From the IMG/VR virus record IMGVR_UViG_3300037833_000032, positions 1-59,671 of that record: DNA of 59,671 nucleotides; one strand, written 5' to 3'. How positions within the stretch are numbered: the stretch's first letter is position 1; each line of letters opens with the position of its first letter. The position numbers and the translations under genes were made by a program. The notes under the pieces were generated by a model, which ran no database searches, was not told the origin of the DNA, and saw nothing but the letters and a program-made list of their open reading frames with translations. The DNA is from a virus. Taxonomy: Duplodnaviria; Caudoviricetes. This document shows, one piece after another, positions 37,872 through 47,602 of the stretch.

Positions 37872-38212
37872 AAGGCCGGAGAAAGAGTTTGGAAATGGCT
37901 TTTTCGTTTTAGAGGCTACCGTTGTAGTCAGGGTTACTTGCCAAGCCGAAGCGCCAAAAGAGCTTTTGCAAGTTAAGTGAGTTAATCGAAATTGATCATC
38001 AATTAAATGGAAATAGGATATAAGCAGGATAAAATTATTGATAGGTAATCTGCTTAACAGGGATCGTGGGGAAAGTAGTATTATAAGGAGATAAGAAGAG
38101 TAAAAATGATTGATAATTTAAATTTTTATGTTAAAAAATTTTAACAAGTTAATCAGTATAAAATAGTTACCAGTTTGAAAGCTATTCATGTAAATACCTA
38201 TTAAATTCAAGC

Positions 38213-39373
38213 CTATTTACCTAATACTTTGGTATCTTGGGCTATTTTTTTAGGTTGAACTCTAGCATATACCTTCAATTGCTTTGTAGAGCCATGGCCT
38301 AGCATCCTGGCTACTGTTTCTTCAGGCACACCAGCATTTAACCATTGCATAGCTGCAGTTTTCCTAGCTGTATGTGTGGTAAGCCTTTTATTGAAGTTGA
38401 GTACCTGAGCTATTTCCTTAAGCAGTCTGTTATAGACTTGGTTGGCAAATTTTGGCAAATGACCATTGTATTTAATCAGGATACGTTTTGCCTTAGAAAA
38501 AAATGGTAAAATAGCTGTTTCACCGGATTTATGCCTATTCTTGTAAATCCAATCCATATTGACATCTTTCATCAAATGTTCATCTGGATGAAAGGTTATA
38601 AGATCTATATAGGCGAAGCCTGTATAACATTGAAATAGATAACTATCTGCTGCTTTTTGAAGTGTGTGATTTGCAAAATGGTAATTTTCCATTGCTGTTA
38701 ATTCAACTTCAGTAAGAAAGACTGGTAATTTTGGTTTTTCAAAGCTCACTTCTACATATTCAAGCTGACTAGTAACTATGTACTGCTGTCTAGCTGCATG
38801 TTTGAGTACTTGTTTTACTAATTGAATATGTTTCATGGCATGATTATGAGAGCAAGCTTTTAAAGTTGTTCTCAAATAATGTTCAAAATCATCAGCTAAC
38901 TTTATTGTAAACTCATCAGGCAATAAATCTAATCTGCCAATTGAAGCTAAAAACCTTTCGCAATTCCGGTACTTACTCCAGTTATGCTTAATGGTTCCTG
39001 TTGCTTTTTTTCGGGCTTCTTTTCTAGTAATGAGTTCGGCAAATACTTGAAGGAAGGTTCTTCCAGGTTTAGCCCGTTGCAGGTATTCTAGCTTTAAGAG
39101 TTGTGCAGTTATAGGCTTTTGTCTTCGCAGAAAGTCATTGTAGACTTCTTTTAACCCTGCTCGGATGTTGGTTAGCGTATCATTATCCTCTAATGCTTCT
39201 AAGTCCTTAGATATAATTCTTTGAGCTTTACTATCCCAGCATTCCGGACTTGTTTTTACAAAAGTTGAAAAATCTCCATTTGCTCGTTTGCCATCTACGG
39301 TAATTCTACAATAGATAGTGGCTGATTTTTCTTTGTTGCGCTTGTTCTTTCTTAGCACAAATAGAATTTCCAT
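38213..39373 (-). CDS. Tyrosine integrase (Bacteroidota Arm-DNA-binding + SAM-like + catalytic)
   Basis: IYCRITVDG, CYTGFAYID, R.KS, THTARKT, LGHGSTKQ..VY. Confidence 0.92.
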   Translation of the reverse strand: MEILFVLRKNKRNKEKSATIYCRITVDGKRANGDFSTFVKTSPECWDSKAQRIISKDLEALEDNDTLTNIRAGLKEVYNDFLRRQKPITAQLLKLEYLQRAKPGRTFLQVFAELITRKEARKKATGTIKHNWSKYRNCERFLASIGRLDLLPDEFTIKLADDFEHYLRTTLKACSHNHAMKHIQLVKQVLKHAARQQYIVTSQLEYVEVSFEKPKLPVFLTEVELTAMENYHFANHTLQKAADSYLFQCYTGFAYIDLITFHPDEHLMKDVNMDWIYKNRHKSGETAILPFFSKAKRILIKYNGHLPKFANQVYNRLLKEIAQVLNFNKRLTTHTARKTAAMQWLNAGVPEETVARMLGHGSTKQLKVYARVQPKKIAQDTKVLGK

Positions 39374-39730
39374 TCTGTTCCTTTTTTTGGGTACATAGTG
39401 TGATGGTTTAAATGTTTGAGCACACTATTACTAATTGCTTATAAGTAATGTTTCAAATATGTATAAAGAGTCAATAGTTTTAAGAAAAAGCCTCCAAATC
39501 ACCATAGATTATACATTTATTGGTATTTTTTATTGTAAGTTTCATATTATTATATTTTTGGCATAGCAATATTGCTTAAGGGTTAGTTACACTTAAAAAT
39601 TTAAAGTATAAAAATAGAGCTGGTTGAAAAGGTGTATCCGGATGCTGGTGATGTATCCGAATATTACACTAAAGTGATAGAGAAGTATTTTAGTAGGTAC
39701 TTATAGCGAATAAATTAGCTATAAAAGCAA

Positions 39731-39757
39731 AAAACCTGCATTTTTAGGGCAGGTTTG
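39731..39757 (-). terminator. Hairpin downstream of the att/tRNA fragment
   Basis: AAACCTGC..GCAGGTTT with an adjacent A-run (T-run on the - strand). Confidence 0.5.
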
Positions 39758-39787
39758 CGAGTTTGTTCTACTCAATGTGCTGTTTCA

Positions 39788-39803
39788 GTGATCCCGCTGG
39801 GAT
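39788..39803 (-). other. Putative att core resembling a tRNA 3' end, junction between two integrated elements
   Basis: The - strand reads ATCCCAGCGGGATCAC, the layout of T-loop end, T-stem, acceptor stem and discriminator; lies between two divergent integrases. Confidence 0.6.
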
Positions 39804-39960
39804 CATACAACTAATACAACATCAAAATATAAAATACAGTATTTTGACCAATTTGAGGGTTTTAAAATTACCCAGTACTGCAAAATACAACAAAATACTT
39901 TATATCACTTGCCACTTTACTATCCACCTGTTATATTGTTGGATAGTAAACCCTGTTTTT

Positions 39961-41208
39961 ATGGCAAGTACCAAACTCATTTTAAGGCCCGACCTAGTTA
40001 AAAAAGCAAAAGGAAATCCTACAACTATTTATATTGCTTACTGCCATAATGAAAAGACAAAACGCATTAATACCGGCCAGAAAATCTCTTTTGATAACTG
40101 GGACCCAGAAAGAGAAAAAGTAAAAGATACCTATAAAGGGCATACGACTATAAACGCCATTCTAAATCAGGAAAAAGGGAAAGTTGATAAAATCATTGGT
40201 GAAGCGCACTTTAGAAATATTGAGCCTACCTTTGAATACGTAGAGCAGCAGCTAAGCCTTTTAGCAGCACCGGTTACCCCACAAGAGAAGCCGGATTTTT
40301 TCAAACTCTTTGAAGAGTTTATCAAAGAAACGGCTTCATTAAAAGCCCATGGAACAAACAAGCACTACAAGAGTACGTTGAATCATATCCGCAAATTTGT
40401 AAAGGCTAAACGCATTAAAATAAGCCTGGATAGGGTAGGAGTAGACTTTTATTCCAAGTTTGTTAATTACCTGCTTAATGATTTAACCATGAGCAATGGT
40501 ACAGCAAACAACCAGATTAAGAGGCTCAAAGTCTTTCTATCGTATCTATCCGACAAAGGCATATATGAAAATACAGACTATGAGAAATTCAAGTTATTAA
40601 AGCTAACAGAAACTGATATTACCTACCTTACGAAAGAGGAACTGGATACACTTTACCTGTTTGATCTGTCTAAAAATGAACGCTTAGAGCGCGTACGGGA
40701 TCTGCTGGTACTTGCCTCTACTACCGGCCTGCGACATTCAGATTTTTCAGTCATTAGGCCAGAAAACATCAAAGGCGAATACTTGCTGGTACGCACTCAG
40801 AAAACCAAGGACCCGCTAAGGATTCCGCTTAATTCCTATTCCTCTGCTATTCTTCAGAAATATGAAGGCAAAATACCAAAACTGTCTCAACAGAAATTCA
40901 ATGACTATGTAAAGGAAGTAGGCAAAGTATGTGGCATTGATGAACCCACTGAAATTACTAAATACATAGGCTCTAAACGGGTTGAAAAGCGGGTACCCAA
41001 GTATGAACTGCTTTCCTCTCATACAGGCCGCAGAACCTTTGTAACGCAGTCACTGGAACGTGGCATGAATGCCCAGCAGATCATGTCAATAACCGGCCAT
41101 AAGGATGTAAAAACAATGATGAAGTATGTAAAAATTACTGATACGGTAAAGCAGGTTGCTATGAGTAAAGCCTGGAGTGATGCACCCGGGCAAATGAAGG
41201 TAAGCTAA
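39961..41208 (+). CDS. Tyrosine integrase (start moved from 39763)
   Basis: TGLRHSD, TQKT, SHTGRRTF, TGHKD..MMKY; the upstream extension overlaps the att. Confidence 0.93.
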   Translation: MASTKLILRPDLVKKAKGNPTTIYIAYCHNEKTKRINTGQKISFDNWDPEREKVKDTYKGHTTINAILNQEKGKVDKIIGEAHFRNIEPTFEYVEQQLSLLAAPVTPQEKPDFFKLFEEFIKETASLKAHGTNKHYKSTLNHIRKFVKAKRIKISLDRVGVDFYSKFVNYLLNDLTMSNGTANNQIKRLKVFLSYLSDKGIYENTDYEKFKLLKLTETDITYLTKEELDTLYLFDLSKNERLERVRDLLVLASTTGLRHSDFSVIRPENIKGEYLLVRTQKTKDPLRIPLNSYSSAILQKYEGKIPKLSQQKFNDYVKEVGKVCGIDEPTEITKYIGSKRVEKRVPKYELLSSHTGRRTFVTQSLERGMNAQQIMSITGHKDVKTMMKYVKITDTVKQVAMSKAWSDAPGQMKVS

Positions 41209-41217
41209 TTATACAAT

Positions 41218-41481
41218 TTATTTTTTCTGCTTTACTAGCAATGCTTCTAGTTTTTCAATATGCTTTTCTCTGTTGCGTTCTATTGCTTTTTTAATAGCAG
41301 TATCTATGATTGATAAACTTGATTCATTGGTATACACATCATCTCTTCTTATTAAAATTGCTTCTACTATATCGGGAGTTATGGTAGGTGTTGTAAGCTC
41401 CGAAACTTCCTTATAACTGAGTTTTAATTTTGCCAGAAATGAATTCATCTTTCTGGCTTTTTCATTATTAGTAAGATGCAT
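41218..41481 (-). CDS. Small putative HTH protein
   Basis: KLKLSYKEVSEL..TPDIVEAIL. Confidence 0.5.
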   Translation of the reverse strand: MHLTNNEKARKMNSFLAKLKLSYKEVSELTTPTITPDIVEAILIRRDDVYTNESSLSIIDTAIKKAIERNREKHIEKLEALLVKQKK

Positions 41482-41488
41482 ATACTTT

Positions 41489-41713
41489 CTATTTAGATTC
41501 TAGTCCTTGATTATTACTAAGTTCTTTACAAAGGGCATCCATCGAAACGTTCAGCACTTTACTCATTCTGCAAGCCTCTTCAAAAGTAAGCTTACTATTT
41601 TCATTATTCATCAAATAATGCAGACGCTGTTTAGTCATACCTGATTGCTCAGCTATATAGGTAAGCTTCATACCTGGGTAATTCTTATTTATATAGTTGC
41701 CTAGTAATGTCAT
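41489..41713 (-). CDS. XRE-family HTH repressor
   Basis: KLTYIAEQSGMTKQRLHYLMN..LTFEEACRMSKVLNVSMDAL. Confidence 0.8.
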   Translation of the reverse strand: MTLLGNYINKNYPGMKLTYIAEQSGMTKQRLHYLMNNENSKLTFEEACRMSKVLNVSMDALCKELSNNQGLESK

Positions 41714-41734
41714 TGTTTGGAATATTCGTTATAA

Positions 41735-41803
41735 CAAATATAACAGAAATTAAAAATTATTTTACAATAGTCTTGTAAATATTATTTGAGTGTAGTACAT
41801 TTG
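41735..41803. promoter_or_regulatory. Divergent promoter switch with operator palindrome
   Basis: CAAATATA (41735-42, -), TTTACAA-tagtc-TTGTAAA (41761-79), TACATTTG (41796-803, +). Confidence 0.6.
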
Positions 41804-41842
41804 TTATAATAATTGTAACAGAAGTCTAAATAATATAACAGT

Positions 41843-42091
41843 ATGTATACTTTTCAACTACCTCAACAAAAAATTAGTGTACGCCAAGTAAAACTGGACC
41901 ACTACAAAGAGCAAACAGATGAAATGCTGGAAACTACAAGCAATCTTTTGCTGGCTTATGATTTAGTAAAAGATTACAGCCAGGCGGATGCTTCTTATTA
42001 CATGGAAATGTATCATTGGCTTAACAGCCGGTATGATTATGTAATGGGTTATGCGATGGACTTTATTCCTTTCAGCCATGCGACGCATTAA
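41843..42091 (+). CDS. Hypothetical protein
   Basis: First ORF of the rightward operon. Confidence 0.6.
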   Translation: MYTFQLPQQKISVRQVKLDHYKEQTDEMLETTSNLLLAYDLVKDYSQADASYYMEMYHWLNSRYDYVMGYAMDFIPFSHATH

Positions 42092-42356
42092 ACCTCGGCA
42101 AAGCTTTGAGGCTTATCTGAATGGCCAGAAGCTACTCAACATTGGTAAGGATTCGAACCCAGAACCCATGCAAGAGGCAGTTATAGAAGTAAATGAACAG
42201 TTCAGGCGATTAGTAGAGTATACCAAGCAATATCGGCACTATCAAAGGCTATACTTTACTAAGACTAAGAAAGGCGAGTTTGCTAAAGATGAACAACATT
42301 TTATGATGAAGTACCAGGAGAAAATAGATAATTTATTAAAACAAATTCAATTATAA
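42051..42356 (+). CDS. Hypothetical protein
   Basis: ORF in operon; start may be 42078. Confidence 0.6.
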   Translation: MRWTLFLSAMRRIKPRQSFEAYLNGQKLLNIGKDSNPEPMQEAVIEVNEQFRRLVEYTKQYRHYQRLYFTKTKKGEFAKDEQHFMMKYQEKIDNLLKQIQL

Positions 42357-42382
42357 TTTTTAACCTTTAATTTTTAATCATT

Positions 42383-42700
42383 ATGTCCCAACACACAAAC
42401 ATTACCGACACAATTGCCCAAAGCACTGAATCAAATGTCAGAGTTGTAGCCTCGAAGGCTATGAACCTGGAGCCATTAAGAGACCTTTTTAGTACGATTG
42501 GACCGGATGATATAGTAGATGGTTTAGATGAGATGATTAGTCTGCTTACCACTATTCTCAATCCATGCGAAGAACAAGAATTTTGTAGAGACTATCTACA
42601 GGATAGGCTTTGGGAAGTGAACACCTTAAGAAAAGCCTTTACTAAACTGGAGCGATCTATGGTGCATGAGGCTAAAAAGAATTCCTTTACTATTCAATAA
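42383..42700 (+). CDS. Hypothetical protein
   Basis: ORF in operon. Confidence 0.6.
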   Translation: MSQHTNITDTIAQSTESNVRVVASKAMNLEPLRDLFSTIGPDDIVDGLDEMISLLTTILNPCEEQEFCRDYLQDRLWEVNTLRKAFTKLERSMVHEAKKNSFTIQ

Positions 42701-42791
42701 GCAAGCGAAGGAGGCAATCATGAAAAAAGTAACTGAAGAAGATCTACAGGACATATTAAGGAGAATCGCTATCTTTCTTTAGTAGATAACA

Positions 42792-42825
42792 AAAAAGGCT
42801 AGCCCGTGCGAAAGGTAGCCTTTTT
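42792..42825. terminator. Bidirectional terminator-like hairpin
   Basis: AAAAAGGCTA..TAGCCTTTTT. Confidence 0.6.
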
Positions 42826-42855
42826 AATAATGTTGCTTGTATTCAATTAAATGAT

Positions 42856-43539
42856 ATGGATAAAATTAAGAGTTTAGAAGAGCTTATACAAGAGTCTATT
42901 TATATACTTGATGCAGGAAAAATCCCCATTGATTATATACAAAATCTTTTAGCTCTTTATCCTGGTAAAGAGAAGTTTATAATCGAGTATTGTAAGGATT
43001 ACATCCGGCAGGCAACAGCAGAACTAGCTGAAGTAATAAACGCTAGGTATGATCCGATGATAACAACAAAATTTAGTGGCAAAACTTCAGTTAAAGTGCT
43101 GTATGAGTTGCAGGTAATTTTTTTAGAGTGGTTAGAAGAACAAACTGATAAAATTCATGCTACTTCTAAGAAGCGAAAACATCCTGAAAAGAAAGAGAGA
43201 TTAAAGGATATTTGGACACGAGAAATAAGTTTAATACAAGAATTAAGAATAAAACTATTTAATGCTAAATACACTGTTTTATTGGATAATGGCTTATATC
43301 AATGGGAGAAAGAACTAATTTGGCTTGTAGCATTATCTGAGGAATTGAGAGATAAGAGGCTTTGCAACTGGCCTGGAAGAAACCAAAGAAAAACAGCAAG
43401 AGCCTTTTGTAATGAGTTTAATAAAGAAATAACCCCGTATGCTTATCAGGTATTTAAGGCTTTTGAAGATGCAAAAAAGCACCAATATTTATTCACAGAC
43501 ATTGCTAAACAATTAAAGGATACCAAACCTACTATTTAA
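42856..43539 (+). CDS. Hypothetical protein (possible excision regulator upstream of xis)
   Basis: 227-aa ORF; position only. Confidence 0.6.
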   Translation: MDKIKSLEELIQESIYILDAGKIPIDYIQNLLALYPGKEKFIIEYCKDYIRQATAELAEVINARYDPMITTKFSGKTSVKVLYELQVIFLEWLEEQTDKIHATSKKRKHPEKKERLKDIWTREISLIQELRIKLFNAKYTVLLDNGLYQWEKELIWLVALSEELRDKRLCNWPGRNQRKTARAFCNEFNKEITPYAYQVFKAFEDAKKHQYLFTDIAKQLKDTKPTI

Positions 43540-43559
43540 GATAATGGTAGGTTTGGTAT
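43520..43559. promoter_or_regulatory. 13-bp inverted repeat upstream of the excisionase
   Basis: ATACCAAACCTAC..GTAGGTTTGGTAT. Confidence 0.55.
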
Positions 43560-43613
43560 TGGAAAAATACAAAAAATACTTATTTTCTTTGTGCATGTTA
43601 AAAAATCAAGATC

Positions 43614-43907
43614 ATGCACAATCTAGTCTTATCACCCATTAGTTTACCTGAGTTAGAAGCACTCATTAAACAATCTGTTAGAACCGTTTTAAATGAAACT
43701 GTAGCAGTTCAACAAGCAGAACAAAAAGAATTTCTAACCGAACCAGAAGCCCGGGAATTACTGGGCAACATTAGCAAAGCATTATTTCATAAGCTGAAGA
43801 GAGAAGGTAAGTACAGCACTTATCATTGTGGAGAAGGCCGCTGTCTTTACTCTAGAGAAGAATTAATTAGTTACATCCGAAACAACAATAAACCCGCAAA
43901 CAAATAA
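43614..43907 (+). CDS. Excisionase-like HTH_17 protein
   Basis: FLTEPEARELLGNISKALFHKLKREG..LYSREEL. Confidence 0.8.
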   Translation: MHNLVLSPISLPELEALIKQSVRTVLNETVAVQQAEQKEFLTEPEARELLGNISKALFHKLKREGKYSTYHCGEGRCLYSREELISYIRNNNKPANK

Positions 43908-44143
43908 TGATTACGGGTAATGGAAAACCTTTGTCTGGCCGGCCAAGGCAGAACAAAGATACTGTATTAAAAGAATTAAAAGCAAATCATCCAAGGGTGT
44001 TTAATTGGCTTTCTACTATGAAAAGTAGTGGTTTATTCTTATCCGAAACCGGCTTTAAGAATGTAGCTAACAGGTTTAGAATTTCTGTTGAGGAGCTAAA
44101 ACAGATTATTGATGTATTTGAGAAAGGAGCTGGCAATGGTTGA
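43907..44143 (+). CDS. Hypothetical protein
   Basis: Translationally coupled ORF. Confidence 0.6.
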   Translation: MITGNGKPLSGRPRQNKDTVLKELKANHPRVFNWLSTMKSSGLFLSETGFKNVANRFRISVEELKQIIDVFEKGAGNG

Positions 44144-44834
44144 AACTCTTACAGAACCGTGTCCATTTGATGAGCCTATTTCATTAGAGGATATCAAACA
44201 GCCAGAACATTCATTTTCTATGAATCCAGTAATTGTAAAGTATCACAAAGATTCTCCGCTGCAAGCAATGGTAAGTGTGTTCTATGCGAAAGTAAAAATA
44301 AAAGGAAAATGGGAGCATAGAGGTGCAAAAAACACCTGGTTTAAAAAGGACTTGACATTACTGGATGTATACAATTTGATTACAAGTCAAGTATTCAAAA
44401 CGGAGACTGATACATTACAAGGCTACACAGATGAGAAAGAAGCTAAGAAATTTAAAGAGAAGCATTTCAATTATGCTTGTTTCTCAGGCTCTTTCAAATA
44501 CAGGAATGATAAAAGCCTGATAAAGCATAGCAGACTTATTTGCATTGATCTTGATAAGTTAGGAGCAGAACTATACTGGATTAGGGAAACAGTGAATAAT
44601 GATCCCCTTACTATTATGAGTTTTGTTTCACCATCTGGTGCTGGTTTGAAAGTAATCTATCAGATAGATCCGGAAAAACATTCGCAAAGCACTTATTACC
44701 AATATCTATCAGATTACCTTTCTACTCTTTGCTGTCTTCCTAAAAAAGCCATAGATGAGGCTTGCAAAGATGTTTCCAGGGCTTGTTTCCTTCCTTATGA
44801 TCCTTTTTGTTTTATTAACCTCAATCTACTATGA
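44136..44834 (+). CDS. BT4734/VirE N-terminal-like (primase-polymerase-like) protein
   Basis: FSGSF..R..LICIDLD..FVSPSGAGLKV..IDEACKDVSRACFLPYDP. Confidence 0.82.
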   Translation: MVETLTEPCPFDEPISLEDIKQPEHSFSMNPVIVKYHKDSPLQAMVSVFYAKVKIKGKWEHRGAKNTWFKKDLTLLDVYNLITSQVFKTETDTLQGYTDEKEAKKFKEKHFNYACFSGSFKYRNDKSLIKHSRLICIDLDKLGAELYWIRETVNNDPLTIMSFVSPSGAGLKVIYQIDPEKHSQSTYYQYLSDYLSTLCCLPKKAIDEACKDVSRACFLPYDPFCFINLNLL

Positions 44835-46264
44835 TATTTGACAGAGTAACCGTACCAATACCTGAAAATTATGTCCCACCAAAGCAAGTAAAAAAGGTAG
44901 CCCCAGAACCTGTTAAATCCTCCACAAATAATAGTTATTCTGACTACACACATACACATAGAATTGGAGAAATTAAGTTGCAGACCGCAATAAAATCCGT
45001 ATTAGCGACGAATGATAACAAATGGACCAACTTAAGAAAACATTCATTTACTCTAGGCGGATATGTAGCAGCAGGATTATTGAGCGAGTATATGGCCTAT
45101 GAAAAACTGGTAGAGGCAATCAATCAAAAGGATTGTGCAGATTATACTCATGCACACAAAACAATCAAAGATGCTCTAGAGGCTGGCATGAAAATACCTT
45201 TTGATAAAGAAGCAACTATCAAAGAACGGGAACAATGGCTGGAAGAAAACTTTAAAAAATGGAGTAGTCCAAGCGAAAGTAGCCAAGACAAAGGGGAGTC
45301 TGCGAATGAAAACCCAACTCATGAAACAGAAGAGAGAAATTTCTTTTGCTCTACCGGTGAAGATATATTAAGCAGAGGTATACAGGAAATACCTACATTG
45401 ATCGATCCAATCTTTCCACAAGTGGGACTTGTTGCCCTTGCTGGTAGCAGTGATACTGGTAAGAGCTCCTGGCTTCGTCAATTTGCTATTGCTGTGAGTT
45501 TAGGTGATGAGTATTTTTTAGGATGGAAGTTAAACTTAAAACACAAAGGTGCTATCTATGTTTCAACAGAAGATGACGAACTGGCTATTAATTATCTGCT
45601 GAATAAGCAAACAAAGACACGCAACCTAGTACCCAGCAATTATAGAAACCTCCGCTTTTTATTTGATACGACTAATTTACTAGATAAGCTAGATAAAGAG
45701 CTTTCCAGAACACCTGCTGATTGTGTAATCATTGATGCATTTACGGATCTCTACAGTGGTAGTTTAAACCAGACAAATGAGGTTCGTACTTTTTTAAATA
45801 AGTACAAATTACTTTCTGATAAGCATAAATGCTTGATTGTATTCCTTCATCATACCGGAAAGAAAACTGAAGAAAAAGAGCCTAGCAAACATAATCTATT
45901 AGGTAGCCAGGGTTTTGAGGCTAAGATGAGGCTAGTTATCGAACTACGTACAGACAGTCAACAAGATGATATCCGGCACTTATGTTTGGTAAAGGGTAAT
46001 TATCTATCCAGAGAATTTAAACAATCAAGTTTCGTACTACGATTCGATGAGAATATGCTTTTTCATCAAACCGACGAGCGTACACCTTTTGAAGATCTAA
46101 TTAAGGCAGATACCGAAAGGGAAGCTCCAGAAGACGAAAGAATAAGTAAAATTCTGAAAGCAGTTGAGATGAAAAATAATGGGTTTCTTCAAGACAAGAT
46201 TGCAGAGGAACTTGGAGTAACAAAAAGCTGTGTGAGCAAATGGCTAAAAAAACATTCCCCCTAA
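44831..46264 (+). CDS. RepA/AAA_25-type replicative helicase with C-terminal HTH
   Basis: GSSDTGKS, YVSTED, VIIDAF, FLHHTGK..LLGS. Confidence 0.82.
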   Translation: MIFDRVTVPIPENYVPPKQVKKVAPEPVKSSTNNSYSDYTHTHRIGEIKLQTAIKSVLATNDNKWTNLRKHSFTLGGYVAAGLLSEYMAYEKLVEAINQKDCADYTHAHKTIKDALEAGMKIPFDKEATIKEREQWLEENFKKWSSPSESSQDKGESANENPTHETEERNFFCSTGEDILSRGIQEIPTLIDPIFPQVGLVALAGSSDTGKSSWLRQFAIAVSLGDEYFLGWKLNLKHKGAIYVSTEDDELAINYLLNKQTKTRNLVPSNYRNLRFLFDTTNLLDKLDKELSRTPADCVIIDAFTDLYSGSLNQTNEVRTFLNKYKLLSDKHKCLIVFLHHTGKKTEEKEPSKHNLLGSQGFEAKMRLVIELRTDSQQDDIRHLCLVKGNYLSREFKQSSFVLRFDENMLFHQTDERTPFEDLIKADTEREAPEDERISKILKAVEMKNNGFLQDKIAEELGVTKSCVSKWLKKHSP

Positions 46265-46461
46265 AAGTTTCCAGTTTCTTGACTCTCTAGTAACTCAGGA
46301 AACGGAAACTTGGAAACCAGCTGAAAATCAAGATAGTTTCCAGTTTCCAGTTTCTTAAAGACTTAGGACATTAGGAAACGGAAACTTGGAAACATAACTA
46401 ATTGCCCCTAAAAGTTTCCATTGTTTCCAGTATTGGAAACTTGGAAACCTGACTGGAAACT
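46258..46461. repeat. Iteron array, putative replication origin
   Basis: 14 exact GGAAAC/GTTTCC hexamers in both orientations; AGGAAACGGAAACTTGGAAAC twice; CCCCTAAAAGTTTCCA twice. Confidence 0.8.
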
Positions 46462-46565
46462 TCATTTATTTTATTAGATTCTTACCAGCAATCCTCACTA
46501 AAGTAGTGCAAAGTAGTTGAAAACAACTTCAATAAATACCAAATCTTTCGTTTACTTAGTACCCT

Positions 46566-47126
46566 ATGATGAAAATACAAATTCTTACCTACCACAAAGA
46601 AGAGTTAGCCTTTAAAGGTGAGCTCGCAATAGCCGGACTATTAAACAACCAAGTTCCTTTCCAGGATAGAGGTCATATGAAGCTCATACTGGCTGATTGC
46701 CTGCTGATGCAACGGGAATTAGAATTTATCATTCATATACTGATGCGGGTAAAGCGTATTTGTGAGTACTACTTGAAAGGTCAAGAGCCAGAGCAGATTC
46801 CAATAGAAGATTATACACCAGAAGACACCTATGATCCTTACTGGGCAATCCAACAAAGACTGGGTAATCTTCCTCCATTGAGTGAAAACCTGCTTGCTTA
46901 TTTTGAAGTAGTTCCACTCATAGAAAAGCAAAAATCAGATAATATTCTTTTTGGATTCCAAGGGAAGGTTACAGATGATGAGGTTCTTAAGAAGCAGGAT
47001 GAACAGTTTTTAAAAAACATCGAACATGAGATGTTTGTAGAAACCTTTGGGAAAGATATTGAGCAGGCCAGAAAAGCAGCGTTGAGCCGTGGCAGTATGG
47101 AAGAAATCCTTTCTCTTATCAGTTGA
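46566..47126 (+). CDS. Hypothetical protein
   Basis: 186-aa ORF. Confidence 0.65.
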   Translation: MMKIQILTYHKEELAFKGELAIAGLLNNQVPFQDRGHMKLILADCLLMQRELEFIIHILMRVKRICEYYLKGQEPEQIPIEDYTPEDTYDPYWAIQQRLGNLPPLSENLLAYFEVVPLIEKQKSDNILFGFQGKVTDDEVLKKQDEQFLKNIEHEMFVETFGKDIEQARKAALSRGSMEEILSLIS

Positions 47127-47209
47127 AACATTTAGACAAACTGACTATGAAAAACACAAAACCACCATTAGCCATCAAAGGATCAGATTAGAAGTATTAT
47201 GATATCTAC

Positions 47210-47416
47210 TTATTGAGGATCTTTCTTTTTAAATTGATCATACTCATCTTTGTCAATTTCACAGATATCCTGCTCTAATGGAAAGAAAATGTCTTTGGCG
47301 AACGCACAATATTGATGAGCTTTCTCTATGCCTTCGCTTGTATCTTCAGCTTGAATCGCTATCCATAGATCCCTTCCGGAAAGTACAGATTTAAGTTTGA
47401 TTTTATAGTAGGGCAT
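47210..47416 (-). CDS. Small protein, paralog of 47603-47824
   Basis: MPYYKIKLKS..WIAIQAE..QYCA..IFFPLEQ. Confidence 0.75.
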   Translation of the reverse strand: MPYYKIKLKSVLSGRDLWIAIQAEDTSEGIEKAHQYCAFAKDIFFPLEQDICEIDKDEYDQFKKKDPQ

Positions 47417-47602
47417 AGCAGCTCCAAAAGTGTACGTTCTCTATTTCTTCATATTAATGCAACTTTAGTTGTTTAGTAAACTAAAAATAAATATTCATCT
47501 ACAAAGTCTTAAGCAGATGTGAATTAATATGCTAACTTTTAAACGCAGAATCAAGTCCCAAGATACGGGTGATGTGCAAAATTTGAGGATTGACTTTTAT
47601 AC

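Larger units (their letters stand above)
6803..39787. mobile_element. Putative integrated non-tailed (membrane-containing) virus or virus-like element with an internal defence hotspot; left boundary not determined
   Basis: A32-like ATPase, operon of small membrane and structural-like proteins, lysis-like genes, terminal tyrosine integrase next to a tRNA-like att; no tailed-phage hallmark genes. Confidence 0.6.

Noticed and set aside
39763-39960. N-terminal extension of the integrase in the ORF track
   Set aside because: It has a TTG start, overlaps the att site and has no integrase-like sequence; ATG 39961 is preferred.
42149-42182. GGATTCGAACCCAG, resembling a reverse-complement tRNA T-arm
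   Set aside because: It lies inside an intact ORF, and I could not build an acceptor stem or D-arm, so it is probably chance.
46258-46461. Possible CRISPR array
   Set aside because: The repeats are hexamers in both orientations without regular unique spacers, and no cas genes are present.
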